The position numbers and the translations under genes are program-made. Of a stretch of 64,000 nt of DNA, positions 1 to 9,215 are shown piece by piece (position 1 is the stretch's first letter; each line of letters opens with the position of its first letter). The DNA is from Taishania sp. (GTDB lineage: Bacteria > Bacteroidota > Bacteroidia > Flavobacteriales_D > Crocinitomicaceae): NCBI GenBank assembly GCA_036758285.1, contig DAIOWV010000006.1, positions 6,100 to 70,099 of the forward strand, read 5' to 3'. Under the pieces are notes generated by a model. The model was given only the letters and a program-made list of their open reading frames with translations, made no database searches and was not told where the DNA came from.

Positions 1-2389
1 TGAAAACTTTCGAATTTTAAGTGCTCAGAAAGTAATGTTAGGTGAAAATTCAGTAACAAATGAATTAGGGGATAATTACTCACTATCTGCAGCTAAATCG
101 ACAGAATATGGCCCTGCCGTTTGGAATCCTGCTCCAAGTTGTAATTATAGTTCACGAAGTGGAACTGCAATTTCGGCAATCGTAATACATACAATACAAG
201 GTTCTTATGCTGGTGCCATATCATGGTCTCAAAATTGTAGTTCAAATGTATCATTTCATTATGTACTTCGTTCAAGCGACGGACAAGTTACTCAAATGGT
301 AATGGAAGCAAATAAAGCTTGGCATGTAGGAAGTGCTAATCCATACACTATTGGTTATGAACATGAAGGATGGGTTAATCAAACAGGATGGTATACAGAA
401 GCAATGTACCAAAGTTCTGCAGCTTTATCAAGAGATATCGTAAATAGTGGATACGGAATTCCCGCATTGAGAACATTTTTTGGAGCCGCTACAACAGGTA
501 CTAACACTTTAGGAAATTGTACAAAAATTAAGGGGCATCAACATTACGCAAATCAAACTCATACAGACCCAGGAATCAATTGGAATTGGGAAAAATATTA
601 TAAATTAATAAACAATTCACCATCAATTACACCTGTAACGGCTGCAAGTGGAACACTACATGACTCCGGAGGTGCAGCTGGAAATTACGGAAATGATGAA
701 CGTTTGTTATGGTTAGTACAACCAGCTGGTGCAACATCTGTAAGCCTTCAATTTTCTCAATTCAACATAGAAGCAAATTGGGATTTTATGCTTATTTATG
801 ATGGGGCAACAACAAACGCTCCATTAATAGGAAAATACACAGGAACAACCTCTCCAGGGACAATCACTTCATCAGCAGGAAGTATATTAATCGAATTTCG
901 TTCTGATTGTGCAACAACAGCACCTGGTTGGACGATTAATTACACATCATCTAATAGCGGAGGTGGAAATGGAGGTACAATCGTATTGCCACAAGCAAAT
1001 ATAAATCCAGGGGCGAGTTGGAAAACGTCTGATTTTGATATCTTAATTAATGATGTGAGTACGCAATCTTCAGTTGAAGAAAGTTATTACCTTGCTCTTG
1101 ACCGAGTAAATAATACTAGCGATTGGCAAGCACAACCATCAAAAGGATTTGTTTTTGAAGAATTTAATAACATTGCAAATTGGACACAACAAACAGGTAC
1201 CTTCACAATAAACAGTAATCGCATTGTCAATGCGGATGAATCATTATCAAATACGAACCTGTATTTAAATGTAGCACAATCCAATAGTGTCAGTTATTTA
1301 TACACTTGGAAACAAAAATTCACTGGATCTGGAACGAATCAAAGAGCTGGATTACATTTTATGTCTAGTAATTCTACACTTGACAATAGAGGTGAATCAT
1401 ACTTTGTTTTTTTAAGAGAGGGGAATGATAAAGTACAAATTTATTCTGTTACAGGAAATGTTTTTACACTGAGAACTGATGACAACTTCACAATTGATAA
1501 CAATATTGATTACGATGTAAAAGTTACCTATTCTGCTGCAACTGGATGGATTCGAGTTTATGTAGATGGTGCACTTGCAAGTTCATGGCAAGACCCAAAT
1601 CCAATCCAATCTGGAAATAGTATTTCGTTACGTTCTGCAAATTCAATCGTTGAATTTGATGACGTGAGAATGTACCAAAGCCGTGGAAGTCTTGTAAATA
1701 TCACAACAGGATCAACTGGATTAATGAGATATGAAAGTATTGGTGCTCAACCAACAGGTAGAATTATTGCAAACGTTAAAAATGCAACAACTTGGTCTGT
1801 AGATAGCGATATTAATTTATTAATTGATAAATCAGCACCTGTACAATCATTCATTAACGATGGAACTGGAAGCGACTTAACACATTTTCAAGGACTAACA
1901 ATAAGTGGAAATTGGGACTTTAATGACCCACATTCTGGTATTTTAGAATACGAATATGCAGTTGGAACCTCTTCAAACTCTGATGACATCATCGCTTGGA
2001 CGAGTACTACTTCTACAAATTTTACAGAAGCATTTACATCTGGTGTAATTGGACAAACATATTATGTTTCAATCAAAGCAATCAATGGTGCTGGATTAAT
2101 TTCACAAGCAAGTTCTAATGGTCAAACCTACAGTTCTTTGTCACTTGATGAAAATAAAATGGAACAAATTTCAATTTTTCCAAATCCATTTTCTACACAA
2201 TTGAATATAAATAATCTTCCAGGTAAATCATTTGTTGCACTATATGACATAAATGGAAAAATTGTATTTGAAAATGAATTAGAAAAGACGAACAACAGTA
2301 TAAATATTGATCATATCAATGCTGGTGTCTATCAATTATTGATTAAACATAATGACAACTCTATAATTAAACGAGTTATCAAAAATTAA
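1..2389 (+). CDS. T9SS-secreted N-acetylmuramoyl-L-alanine amidase (Amidase_2/AmpD-like) with CUB, lectin-like, FN3-like and type A CTD domains; 5' end outside window
   Basis: Frame is open from base 2, so ATG 35 is internal. Amidase motifs IVIHT, AWHVG..NPYTIGYEHEG, IKGHQH..HTDPG. CUB motif DSGG..GNY..DFMLIYDG..IEFRSD. CTD IFPNP..YDINGK..GVYQL..KRVIKN. Confidence 0.85.
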   Translation, partial: ENFRILSAQKVMLGENSVTNELGDNYSLSAAKSTEYGPAVWNPAPSCNYSSRSGTAISAIVIHTIQGSYAGAISWSQNCSSNVSFHYVLRSSDGQVTQMVMEANKAWHVGSANPYTIGYEHEGWVNQTGWYTEAMYQSSAALSRDIVNSGYGIPALRTFFGAATTGTNTLGNCTKIKGHQHYANQTHTDPGINWNWEKYYKLINNSPSITPVTAASGTLHDSGGAAGNYGNDERLLWLVQPAGATSVSLQFSQFNIEANWDFMLIYDGATTNAPLIGKYTGTTSPGTITSSAGSILIEFRSDCATTAPGWTINYTSSNSGGGNGGTIVLPQANINPGASWKTSDFDILINDVSTQSSVEESYYLALDRVNNTSDWQAQPSKGFVFEEFNNIANWTQQTGTFTINSNRIVNADESLSNTNLYLNVAQSNSVSYLYTWKQKFTGSGTNQRAGLHFMSSNSTLDNRGESYFVFLREGNDKVQIYSVTGNVFTLRTDDNFTIDNNIDYDVKVTYSAATGWIRVYVDGALASSWQDPNPIQSGNSISLRSANSIVEFDDVRMYQSRGSLVNITTGSTGLMRYESIGAQPTGRIIANVKNATTWSVDSDINLLIDKSAPVQSFINDGTGSDLTHFQGLTISGNWDFNDPHSGILEYEYAVGTSSNSDDIIAWTSTTSTNFTEAFTSGVIGQTYYVSIKAINGAGLISQASSNGQTYSSLSLDENKMEQISIFPNPFSTQLNINNLPGKSFVALYDINGKIVFENELEKTNNSINIDHINAGVYQLLIKHNDNSIIKRVIKN

Positions 2390-2405
2390 AATTTTTAAAA
2401 AAACT

Positions 2406-2443
2406 AAAAAAGGGGTGATTTTTTAAAAATCACCCCTTTTTTT
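2406..2443. terminator. Intrinsic terminator-like hairpin after the amidase gene
   Basis: AAAAAAGGGGTGATTTT..AAAATCACCCCTTTTTTT inverted repeat with T-tail. Confidence 0.7.
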
Positions 2444-2530
2444 ACACAAAAAACAAAACACCCCTATTAATTTAAGGGGGTCACCTCTAAAAAATAACAC
2501 TTCAGAATGAAAAGCCATTAATTTTTGATG

Positions 2531-2538
2531 TACTTTTG
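2531..2538 (+). promoter_or_regulatory. Bacteroidota -7 promoter element for glnA
   Basis: TACTTTTG matches TAnnTTTG, 18 nt before ATG 2557. Confidence 0.6.
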
Positions 2539-2556
2539 TAAAAAAACACATCTTCA

Positions 2557-4743
2557 ATGGCAACAAAAAGAAAACAAGCAAATTTTGAGGTTCTACAGAG
2601 AGAACCAAAACCTTCAACTTATGATGGAAAAATATCTGAACTTTTTGGACAGAATGTTTTTCACATAGAAGTCATGAGAGAATACCTTCCAAATGATGCA
2701 TACAAATTAGTCATTGAAACAATAGAAACGGGGAAAAGACTGGATAGAAAAGTCGCTGACCAAGTTGCTTCGGCAATGAAAGATTGGGCCTTAACAAAAG
2801 GAGTAACTCATTATACCCATTGGTTTCAACCACTAACTGGTGCAACTGCTGAAAAACATGATGCTTTTTTCAAACCAGTTGGTCCAGGAAAAGCAATTGA
2901 AAGATTTGATGGTGATTTATTAGTTCAACAAGAACCAGATGCATCATCTTTCCCAAACGGAGGGATTAGAAATACATTTGAAGCTAGAGGATATACAGCT
3001 TGGGATCCATCATCTCCAGCATTTGTCATCGACAAAACACTTTGTATACCATGTGTTTTTCTTTCATACACAGGTGAATCTCTAGATTACAAAATGCCAT
3101 TACTTAAAGCTTTAAGTGCTGTTGATAAAGCTGCAGTTGATGTTTGCCAATATTTTGATAAAAACGTAACGAAAGTAATCGCTACACTTGGTTGGGAACA
3201 AGAGTATTTTCTGATTGATCAAGCTCATTACAACGCTAGACCTGATTTAACGATGACAGGTAGAGCACTTTTTGGTCAAACTGCTGCCAAAGGACAACAA
3301 TTAGATGACCATTACTTTGGTTCAATTCCCGCTAGAGCTACAGCTTTTATGCGTGAATTTGAAACTGAAGCAATAAAATTAGGGATACCAGTTACAACAA
3401 GACACAATGAAGTAGCGCCTAATCAATTTGAATGTGCTCCAATTTTTGAAGAATGTAATTTAGCTAATGACCATAATCTATTATTGATGGATTTAATGGA
3501 GAAAGTTGCTAGAAAACATAATTTCAGAGTTTTACTACATGAAAAACCATTTGCAGGCTTAAATGGATCAGGAAAACACAATAACTGGTCATTAAGTACA
3601 AATACTGGTGTTAATCTTCTAGCACCTGGGAAAAATCCAAAATCTAATTTACAATTCTTAACGTTTTTCGTAAATACGATAAAAGCAATTGCTGATAGAG
3701 CAGATTTATTGCGTGCAAGTATTGCTTCAGCAACAAATGACTATCGATTAGGAGCTAATGAAGCACCACCAGCAATTATTTCAGTTTTTATTGGAACTTA
3801 TCTAAGTAATTTACTTGATCAACTTGAGAAAAATGTAAAAGCTGGAAAGATGACACCAGAAGACAAGACAGAATTAAAATTAAATATTGGAAAAATTCCT
3901 CAAATTCTACTTGACAATACTGACAGAAATAGAACATCACCCTTTGCTTTTACAGGAAATAAATTTGAATTCAGAGCAGTTGGATCATCTGCTAATTGTG
4001 GTCAAGCGATGTATGTTTTAAATACAATAATTGCTAAACAATTAAAAGACTTCAAAGTTTCTGTAGATAAAAGAATTGACAATGGAGATGGGAAAGACGA
4101 AGCCATTCTTAAAGAATTACAAAAATTAATTAAAGAATCCAAAAAAATTCGCTTTGAGGGCAATGGATATGGTGAAGAATGGGTGAAAGAAGCTAAAAAA
4201 AGAGGTCTTTCAAACCACAAAGACACACCAAATGCATTAAATGTTTGGGGAGAAAAATGGGTCGCTGACTTATTTGAAGAAATGGAAGTATTGACAAAAA
4301 GAGAATTATTAGCTCGTCAAGAAATTGAATTTGAAAACTACGTTATGAAAGTTCAAATTGAATCAAGAATAATGAATGAACTTTCTCAAAACCAAATATT
4401 CCCTTCAACTGTTGAGTACCAAAATAAACTTTTAAAAAATGTACTGGAATTAAAAGCACTCTTAGGAGAAAAAGCTGGTTCCGAAGCTGCTGAAGCGCAA
4501 TTAAAAATTATCGAAAAGATCTCATTTCACTTAAATAATTTAATCAAGTTAAATTATGAAATGCTTGAAGCTAGAAAAACTGCAAATAAAATAAGTGATT
4601 ATCACAAAAAAGCTTTTGAATATTGTGAAAAAGTAAAAATATACTTTGACGACATTCGTTATCATGCTGATAAATTAGAATGGCTAGTAGAAGATGAGTT
4701 ATGGCCTTTGCCAAAATTCAGAGAAATGTTATTTACCAAATAA
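2557..4743 (+). CDS. glnA: Glutamine synthetase type III
   Basis: 728 aa; THYTHWFQPLTG, EPDASSFPNGG, HNEVAPNQFE, NGSGKHNNWS, TDRNRTSPFAFTGNKFEFR. Confidence 0.95.
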   Translation: MATKRKQANFEVLQREPKPSTYDGKISELFGQNVFHIEVMREYLPNDAYKLVIETIETGKRLDRKVADQVASAMKDWALTKGVTHYTHWFQPLTGATAEKHDAFFKPVGPGKAIERFDGDLLVQQEPDASSFPNGGIRNTFEARGYTAWDPSSPAFVIDKTLCIPCVFLSYTGESLDYKMPLLKALSAVDKAAVDVCQYFDKNVTKVIATLGWEQEYFLIDQAHYNARPDLTMTGRALFGQTAAKGQQLDDHYFGSIPARATAFMREFETEAIKLGIPVTTRHNEVAPNQFECAPIFEECNLANDHNLLLMDLMEKVARKHNFRVLLHEKPFAGLNGSGKHNNWSLSTNTGVNLLAPGKNPKSNLQFLTFFVNTIKAIADRADLLRASIASATNDYRLGANEAPPAIISVFIGTYLSNLLDQLEKNVKAGKMTPEDKTELKLNIGKIPQILLDNTDRNRTSPFAFTGNKFEFRAVGSSANCGQAMYVLNTIIAKQLKDFKVSVDKRIDNGDGKDEAILKELQKLIKESKKIRFEGNGYGEEWVKEAKKRGLSNHKDTPNALNVWGEKWVADLFEEMEVLTKRELLARQEIEFENYVMKVQIESRIMNELSQNQIFPSTVEYQNKLLKNVLELKALLGEKAGSEAAEAQLKIIEKISFHLNNLIKLNYEMLEARKTANKISDYHKKAFEYCEKVKIYFDDIRYHADKLEWLVEDELWPLPKFREMLFTK

Positions 4744-4778
4744 AAGAAAAAGCCCAGAATTATCTGGGCTTTTTCTTT
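4743..4778. terminator. Bidirectional intrinsic terminator
   Basis: AAAGAAAAAGCCCAGA-ATTA-TCTGGGCTTTTTCTTT between convergent genes. Confidence 0.9.
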
Positions 4779-4797
4779 AAAATATTATTAGTTAGTA

Positions 4798-5379
4798 TTA
4801 AAACTTAAATACCAATCCTAGACTTAATGCGTTTAAACCATGTCCAAACTCACCATAAACACCAAAACCTTCTGTAAAGAAATAACGAACACCTCCGAAA
4901 ATGTAATGACCAGGAGCGACACTTACATCTGATGACTCACTATTAATTCCTGAATAAGTTGTATATGTAGATTTTCTATTATGAAAATAAAAACCCGCAC
5001 CAACTCCAGCATATAAATCCAAACCTTTAACTGGTAAATCAAAATGGTAAGCTGCTCTAGCTATTATTGCAGTTCGAGACGCTTTATCATTAAAACTTGA
5101 ATAGTAATTTGAATTGTATTTCTGACTATAAAAAGATTGTCTAATAATTCCACCAACACCAATTCTACCAATCCCTAATTTTTCAGTAACAATGTATTCA
5201 TAACCAGCTACAATTGGTCCAAAAGATTTCTTACTCGCCCCATTATAAGATGAGAAGGAGTAAAATGGGTCGACACCAAGTCCTACATTAATAATTTGAT
5301 CTCCTTGATTTACCGTTTGAGCATTTACATTATTAAACATCATCAAACCAAAAAATAAAGCAAAAACAATTTTTTTCAT
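4798..5379 (-). CDS. Small outer-membrane beta-barrel protein
   Basis: Signal peptide VNA|Q, amphipathic beta strands, C-terminal LGLVFKF. Own -7 box TATTTTTG at 5400-5407 (minus). Confidence 0.8.
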   Translation of the reverse strand: MKKIVFALFFGLMMFNNVNAQTVNQGDQIINVGLGVDPFYSFSSYNGASKKSFGPIVAGYEYIVTEKLGIGRIGVGGIIRQSFYSQKYNSNYYSSFNDKASRTAIIARAAYHFDLPVKGLDLYAGVGAGFYFHNRKSTYTTYSGINSESSDVSVAPGHYIFGGVRYFFTEGFGVYGEFGHGLNALSLGLVFKF

Positions 5380-5411
5380 ATTTCTAATTTTAATTTGAGC
5401 AAAAATACAAC

Positions 5412-5446
5412 AAAAAAAATGCCACTCTTAATAAGTAGCATTTTTT
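5412..5446 (-). terminator. Intrinsic terminator after the lipoprotein pair
   Basis: Minus strand ATGCTACT-TATTAAG-AGTGGCAT followed by a T run. Confidence 0.65.
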
Positions 5447-5463
5447 AATTTTTATTTATAATT

Positions 5464-5838
5464 CTAAATGAAAACTGTGGCAGTCGAAACTTTCTCTTGT
5501 TCCACCTTAATCACACCTCCACCAGAACTAATTCCATTTTTCACTTCAATATGCGACACAACTACACCAGCTTGTCCCAATTGATAAACCTCATTGAAAT
5601 TAAATGTAGCAACACCTGAAGAATTAGTTGTCGCTTTGTAATCCCATAACAATGTATTTGAAGTACCTCCTGGATCTGAAGGCTTAGGATACATCCTAAC
5701 AGTAACACCCTGAACAACAACACCTGCAGAATTTCTAACTGTAATTTCTGCAATTGTGTCTTTTTTCTTACGACATCCTGTATTCATTCCACTAACAAAT
5801 ACTAACATCAATATCAGAAAACCAAATTTCCTTGCCAT
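5464..5838 (-). CDS. Hypothetical lipoprotein, beta-sandwich-like
   Basis: Lipobox-like NTG|C then RKKKD; similar to the neighbour at 5858-6241. Confidence 0.7.
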   Translation of the reverse strand: MARKFGFLILMLVFVSGMNTGCRKKKDTIAEITVRNSAGVVVQGVTVRMYPKPSDPGGTSNTLLWDYKATTNSSGVATFNFNEVYQLGQAGVVVSHIEVKNGISSGGGVIKVEQEKVSTATVFI

Positions 5839-5857
5839 AAAACGCTTCTTTAAAATA

Positions 5858-6241
5858 TTACTTTATTAACTTAACTGTCTCAACAGCAGTTGTATTAATT
5901 CTTGTTCTAATTGTACCAAAACCTTCAGCATTCGAACGTCTTGAAATGATATCAAATTTTGCAACTTTAATATTCTTATCAATTTTTGAATAGTAGTCAC
6001 TCAAGTTAAATTCAACAAAACCTGAACCATTCGTGATTAATGTATCAACATATTCCTGAGTAGATTCATTTCCATCAATATCAGCAATAATTACTACGCT
6101 AGCATCTGCTAACAATTCATTACTTGCAGAACGAACATAAATTTTCGCAACACTTGGATCTTTATCTTTACAAGAATGTAAAACCAGAACTGACAAAACA
6201 GCCCCAGAAAATACGATTTTATTCACTAATCTTCTCATCAT
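5858..6241 (-). CDS. Hypothetical lipoprotein, beta-sandwich-like
   Basis: Lipobox LHS|C then KDKD; similar to 5464-5838. Confidence 0.7.
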   Translation of the reverse strand: MMRRLVNKIVFSGAVLSVLVLHSCKDKDPSVAKIYVRSASNELLADASVVIIADIDGNESTQEYVDTLITNGSGFVEFNLSDYYSKIDKNIKVAKFDIISRRSNAEGFGTIRTRINTTAVETVKLIK

Positions 6242-6439
6242 ACAATATATCAGCCTATAAAGTTAAAGTATTTTAACCAATTATAACAAAAAATTGAACA
6301 TATATTTGTTAACTTCGTATTCAAAATTTTGTTTTTGATGTAAAACACAGCTACAATTTTAAACAAAAATTACAGTTAACTACAGTCAACTGAATATTTA
6401 ACGTAAATAAATGAATAAAGGTTGGAATAATTTGAGCAA

Positions 6440-7462
6440 ATGAAAGATAAAATTGATACACTTTGGGAAGAAATTAAATCTACAAACATTTCTGGAATAC
6501 AAGATTTAGAAAATTTCAGAATCAAATATTTAGGTTCAAAAGGAATTGTAAAAGATTTATTTAGTGAATTGAAAAATGTTGCAAATGAGCAAAAAAAAGA
6601 GGTTGGTCAGTTGTTAAATCAATTTAGAACAAATGTTGAACAACTTTTTGAAGATTATAAATCATCACTTGACTCATCTAATTCAACAGAAACTAACTTT
6701 GACTTTTCGAAACCTGGAAATATTGAATTAACTGGTTCAAGACATCCACTTTCATTAGTTAGAAGTGAAATAATTGAAATTTTTTCGCGAATTGGTTATA
6801 CTGTTTCTGAAGGTCCAGAAATTGAAGATGATTGGCATAATTTCTCAGCACTTAATTTCCCACCAGAACACCCAGCCAGAGACATGCAGGATACTTTTTT
6901 CATTGAAAAAGGTGAAAACGAAATGGCTTTACGTACACATACAAGTTCTGTTCAAGTTAGGGTAATGGAAAATTCAACTCCACCAATCAGAACAATTTCT
7001 CCAGGAAGAGTGTATAGAAACGAAGCAATTTCTGCTCGTGCTCATTGCTTTTTTCATCAGGTGGAAGGGCTTTATATTGACAAAAATGTTTCATTCGCCG
7101 ATTTGAAACAAACATTATTATATTTTGCCAAAGAACTATTCGGAGAAACAGCTGTTATTCGAATGAGACCATCTTACTTCCCGTTTACTGAACCAAGTGC
7201 AGAGGTTGATGTATCTTGTACGATTTGTAACTCAAAAGGTTGTAATGTTTGTAAATACACTGGTTGGTTAGAAATACTCGGATGTGGAATGGTTGATCCA
7301 AATGTTTTAGAGGCTTCTGGCATCGACTCAAAAGTTTATTCCGGTTTTGCCTTTGGAATGGGAATTGAGCGTATATCTCAACTAAAATATAAAGTAAATG
7401 ACTTACGCCTGTATTCTGAAAATGACGTGCGATTTTTAAAGCAATTTACTTCAGAATTTTAA
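6440..7462 (+). CDS. pheS: Phenylalanine--tRNA ligase alpha subunit
   Basis: HPARDMQDTF, LRTHTSSVQ, FHQVEGL, SYFPFTEPS, GFAFGMGIER. Confidence 0.97.
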   Translation: MKDKIDTLWEEIKSTNISGIQDLENFRIKYLGSKGIVKDLFSELKNVANEQKKEVGQLLNQFRTNVEQLFEDYKSSLDSSNSTETNFDFSKPGNIELTGSRHPLSLVRSEIIEIFSRIGYTVSEGPEIEDDWHNFSALNFPPEHPARDMQDTFFIEKGENEMALRTHTSSVQVRVMENSTPPIRTISPGRVYRNEAISARAHCFFHQVEGLYIDKNVSFADLKQTLLYFAKELFGETAVIRMRPSYFPFTEPSAEVDVSCTICNSKGCNVCKYTGWLEILGCGMVDPNVLEASGIDSKVYSGFAFGMGIERISQLKYKVNDLRLYSENDVRFLKQFTSEF

Positions 7463-7473
7463 TTAGAAATAAC

Positions 7474-7842
7474 ATGGGATTATTTTCAAAATCTGTTAAA
7501 AAAGAAATTCCTTGGACTGAATTAACATCTGAGGAACAACTAATTGAATCATTGAATTCGAAAGATTTAACGTTGTTTTTTTTCAAACATAGCACTAGAT
7601 GTAGTATATCAGAACTAGCAAAAAATAGATTTGAAAGAGAATGGGAAGACCCCAATCAACCTTTTAAATTGTTTTATCTAGACTTGTTGAATTATAGAAA
7701 TATCTCAAATAAAATTGCAGAACTGACGAATATTGAACATCAATCTCCACAATTAATTGTGTGGAAAAATGGTAAGGTAATTTATAACAACAGTCATAAT
7801 GCTATTCAGTTTCAGGAAAGCTTAAATGCACTAAATTTGTAA
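7474..7842 (+). CDS. ytxJ: YtxJ/BrxC family monothiol bacilliredoxin-like protein
   Basis: FKHSTRCSIS, YLDLLNYRNISN, HQSPQ. Confidence 0.85.
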   Translation: MGLFSKSVKKEIPWTELTSEEQLIESLNSKDLTLFFFKHSTRCSISELAKNRFEREWEDPNQPFKLFYLDLLNYRNISNKIAELTNIEHQSPQLIVWKNGKVIYNNSHNAIQFQESLNALNL

Positions 7843-7877
7843 ACAAATAAAGCAACTTAATTTTCAAAAAAAATCAA

Positions 7878-8945
7878 ATGACAAAGCTTCAGACGATTAT
7901 CGGTATTTCACTTTTTTTAATTCTTTTCACATCATGTGATGAAGAAAAAAAGGACTTTGCCACTTTCACTTTCAAAGAGAATTTAGCAATACCTTTTAAT
8001 TCTGAAGTAGAAATTGAAATCGAACCTTTGGTAGAAAACTTAAAATCTATCGAACTTGAAATTGATGATAAAATAGTTTCGAAATGGGATAATCCTAGGA
8101 AAAATAAATTGAAATTTACTTTAAATTCAAAAGAATTAGGAATTGGAGCTAAAGGAGTCAATCTAATCGCAAAAGCAAAAAATGGAGAAATATTTAGAGA
8201 TGAAAGAATCGTTAGGGTGCTTTCTGACTTAAAGCCCGAATTATGGACTTATGAAGTACTTTCTACTTCACCACATAATATTGCAAATTTCACCCAAGGA
8301 TTTGAATTTAGCGACAATCAACTTTATGAAGCTACTGGACAAAAAGGTGAAAGTAAAATTGCAAAAATTGACCTAAAAACAGGACTAGACATAAACAAAA
8401 TAGGATTAGACGCTACTCATTTTGGTGAAGGAATTACGATTCTAGGAGACACGATTTACCAACTGACTTGGACAACAAACAAATGCTTCCTGTATAACAA
8501 AAATACGCTAGAAATTCTTCCTCAAGACTTTACATATCAAGGAGAAGGTTGGGGTCTTTGTAATGATGGAAAACAAATCATCATGTCAGATGGTACTGAA
8601 CGATTGACATTTCGCAACCCAAAAACCTTTGCTATTGAAAAAACGATAGAAGTTTACACACACGAACAACCTGTAATTAGACTTAATGAACTAGAATATA
8701 TTAATGGTTTTGTTTTTGCAAATATCTGGATGACAAATAATATCGCAGTTATAGAGCCCGAAACTGGTCGTGTGATTGGTGTTATTGATGGAAGTAGTTT
8801 AGTTACAATCGGTAGAGGACAAATTGGTGAAGTATTTAATGGAATTGCATTTAATAAACAAGAAGATGCAATCTATTTAACTGGGAAAAACTGGGAGAAG
8901 ATCATTAAAATTCGATTAAAGAAAGATACCGACCAACTGCAGTGA
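7878..8945 (+). CDS. Glutaminyl-peptide cyclotransferase (beta-propeller type) lipoprotein
   Basis: Lipobox FTS|C; FTQGFEF, YEATG, FGEGIT, EGWGLC, MSDGT, LNELE, NGIA, TGKNW. Confidence 0.9.
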   Translation: MTKLQTIIGISLFLILFTSCDEEKKDFATFTFKENLAIPFNSEVEIEIEPLVENLKSIELEIDDKIVSKWDNPRKNKLKFTLNSKELGIGAKGVNLIAKAKNGEIFRDERIVRVLSDLKPELWTYEVLSTSPHNIANFTQGFEFSDNQLYEATGQKGESKIAKIDLKTGLDINKIGLDATHFGEGITILGDTIYQLTWTTNKCFLYNKNTLEILPQDFTYQGEGWGLCNDGKQIIMSDGTERLTFRNPKTFAIEKTIEVYTHEQPVIRLNELEYINGFVFANIWMTNNIAVIEPETGRVIGVIDGSSLVTIGRGQIGEVFNGIAFNKQEDAIYLTGKNWEKIIKIRLKKDTDQLQ

Positions 8946-9215
8946 TGAATTAAATTTTAGATTTCAAAAAGCAAATCAAAGATAATTCCAAGCTTATAGT
9001 CTCTTTCTAAGATAAATAGAAAACACCTGCTCATAAAATCCCCATATTATATAAATATTAAATCAAGTAAGAGATTTATTCCTTTAAAGAGTACTTTTGC
9101 TAAAATGAAGTAAGAAAAAATTAAAAAATCACTTACCTTTACTTACACAGTAAACAGTATTGAGTTTGGTTTTATTTAAACCATTCATTTACATGTTGTG
9201 AACTAACTCGAAACT

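Noticed and set aside
2423..2617. 64-aa minus-strand ORF across the glnA promoter
   Set aside because: Overlaps the glnA start and regulatory repeats; no protein-like features
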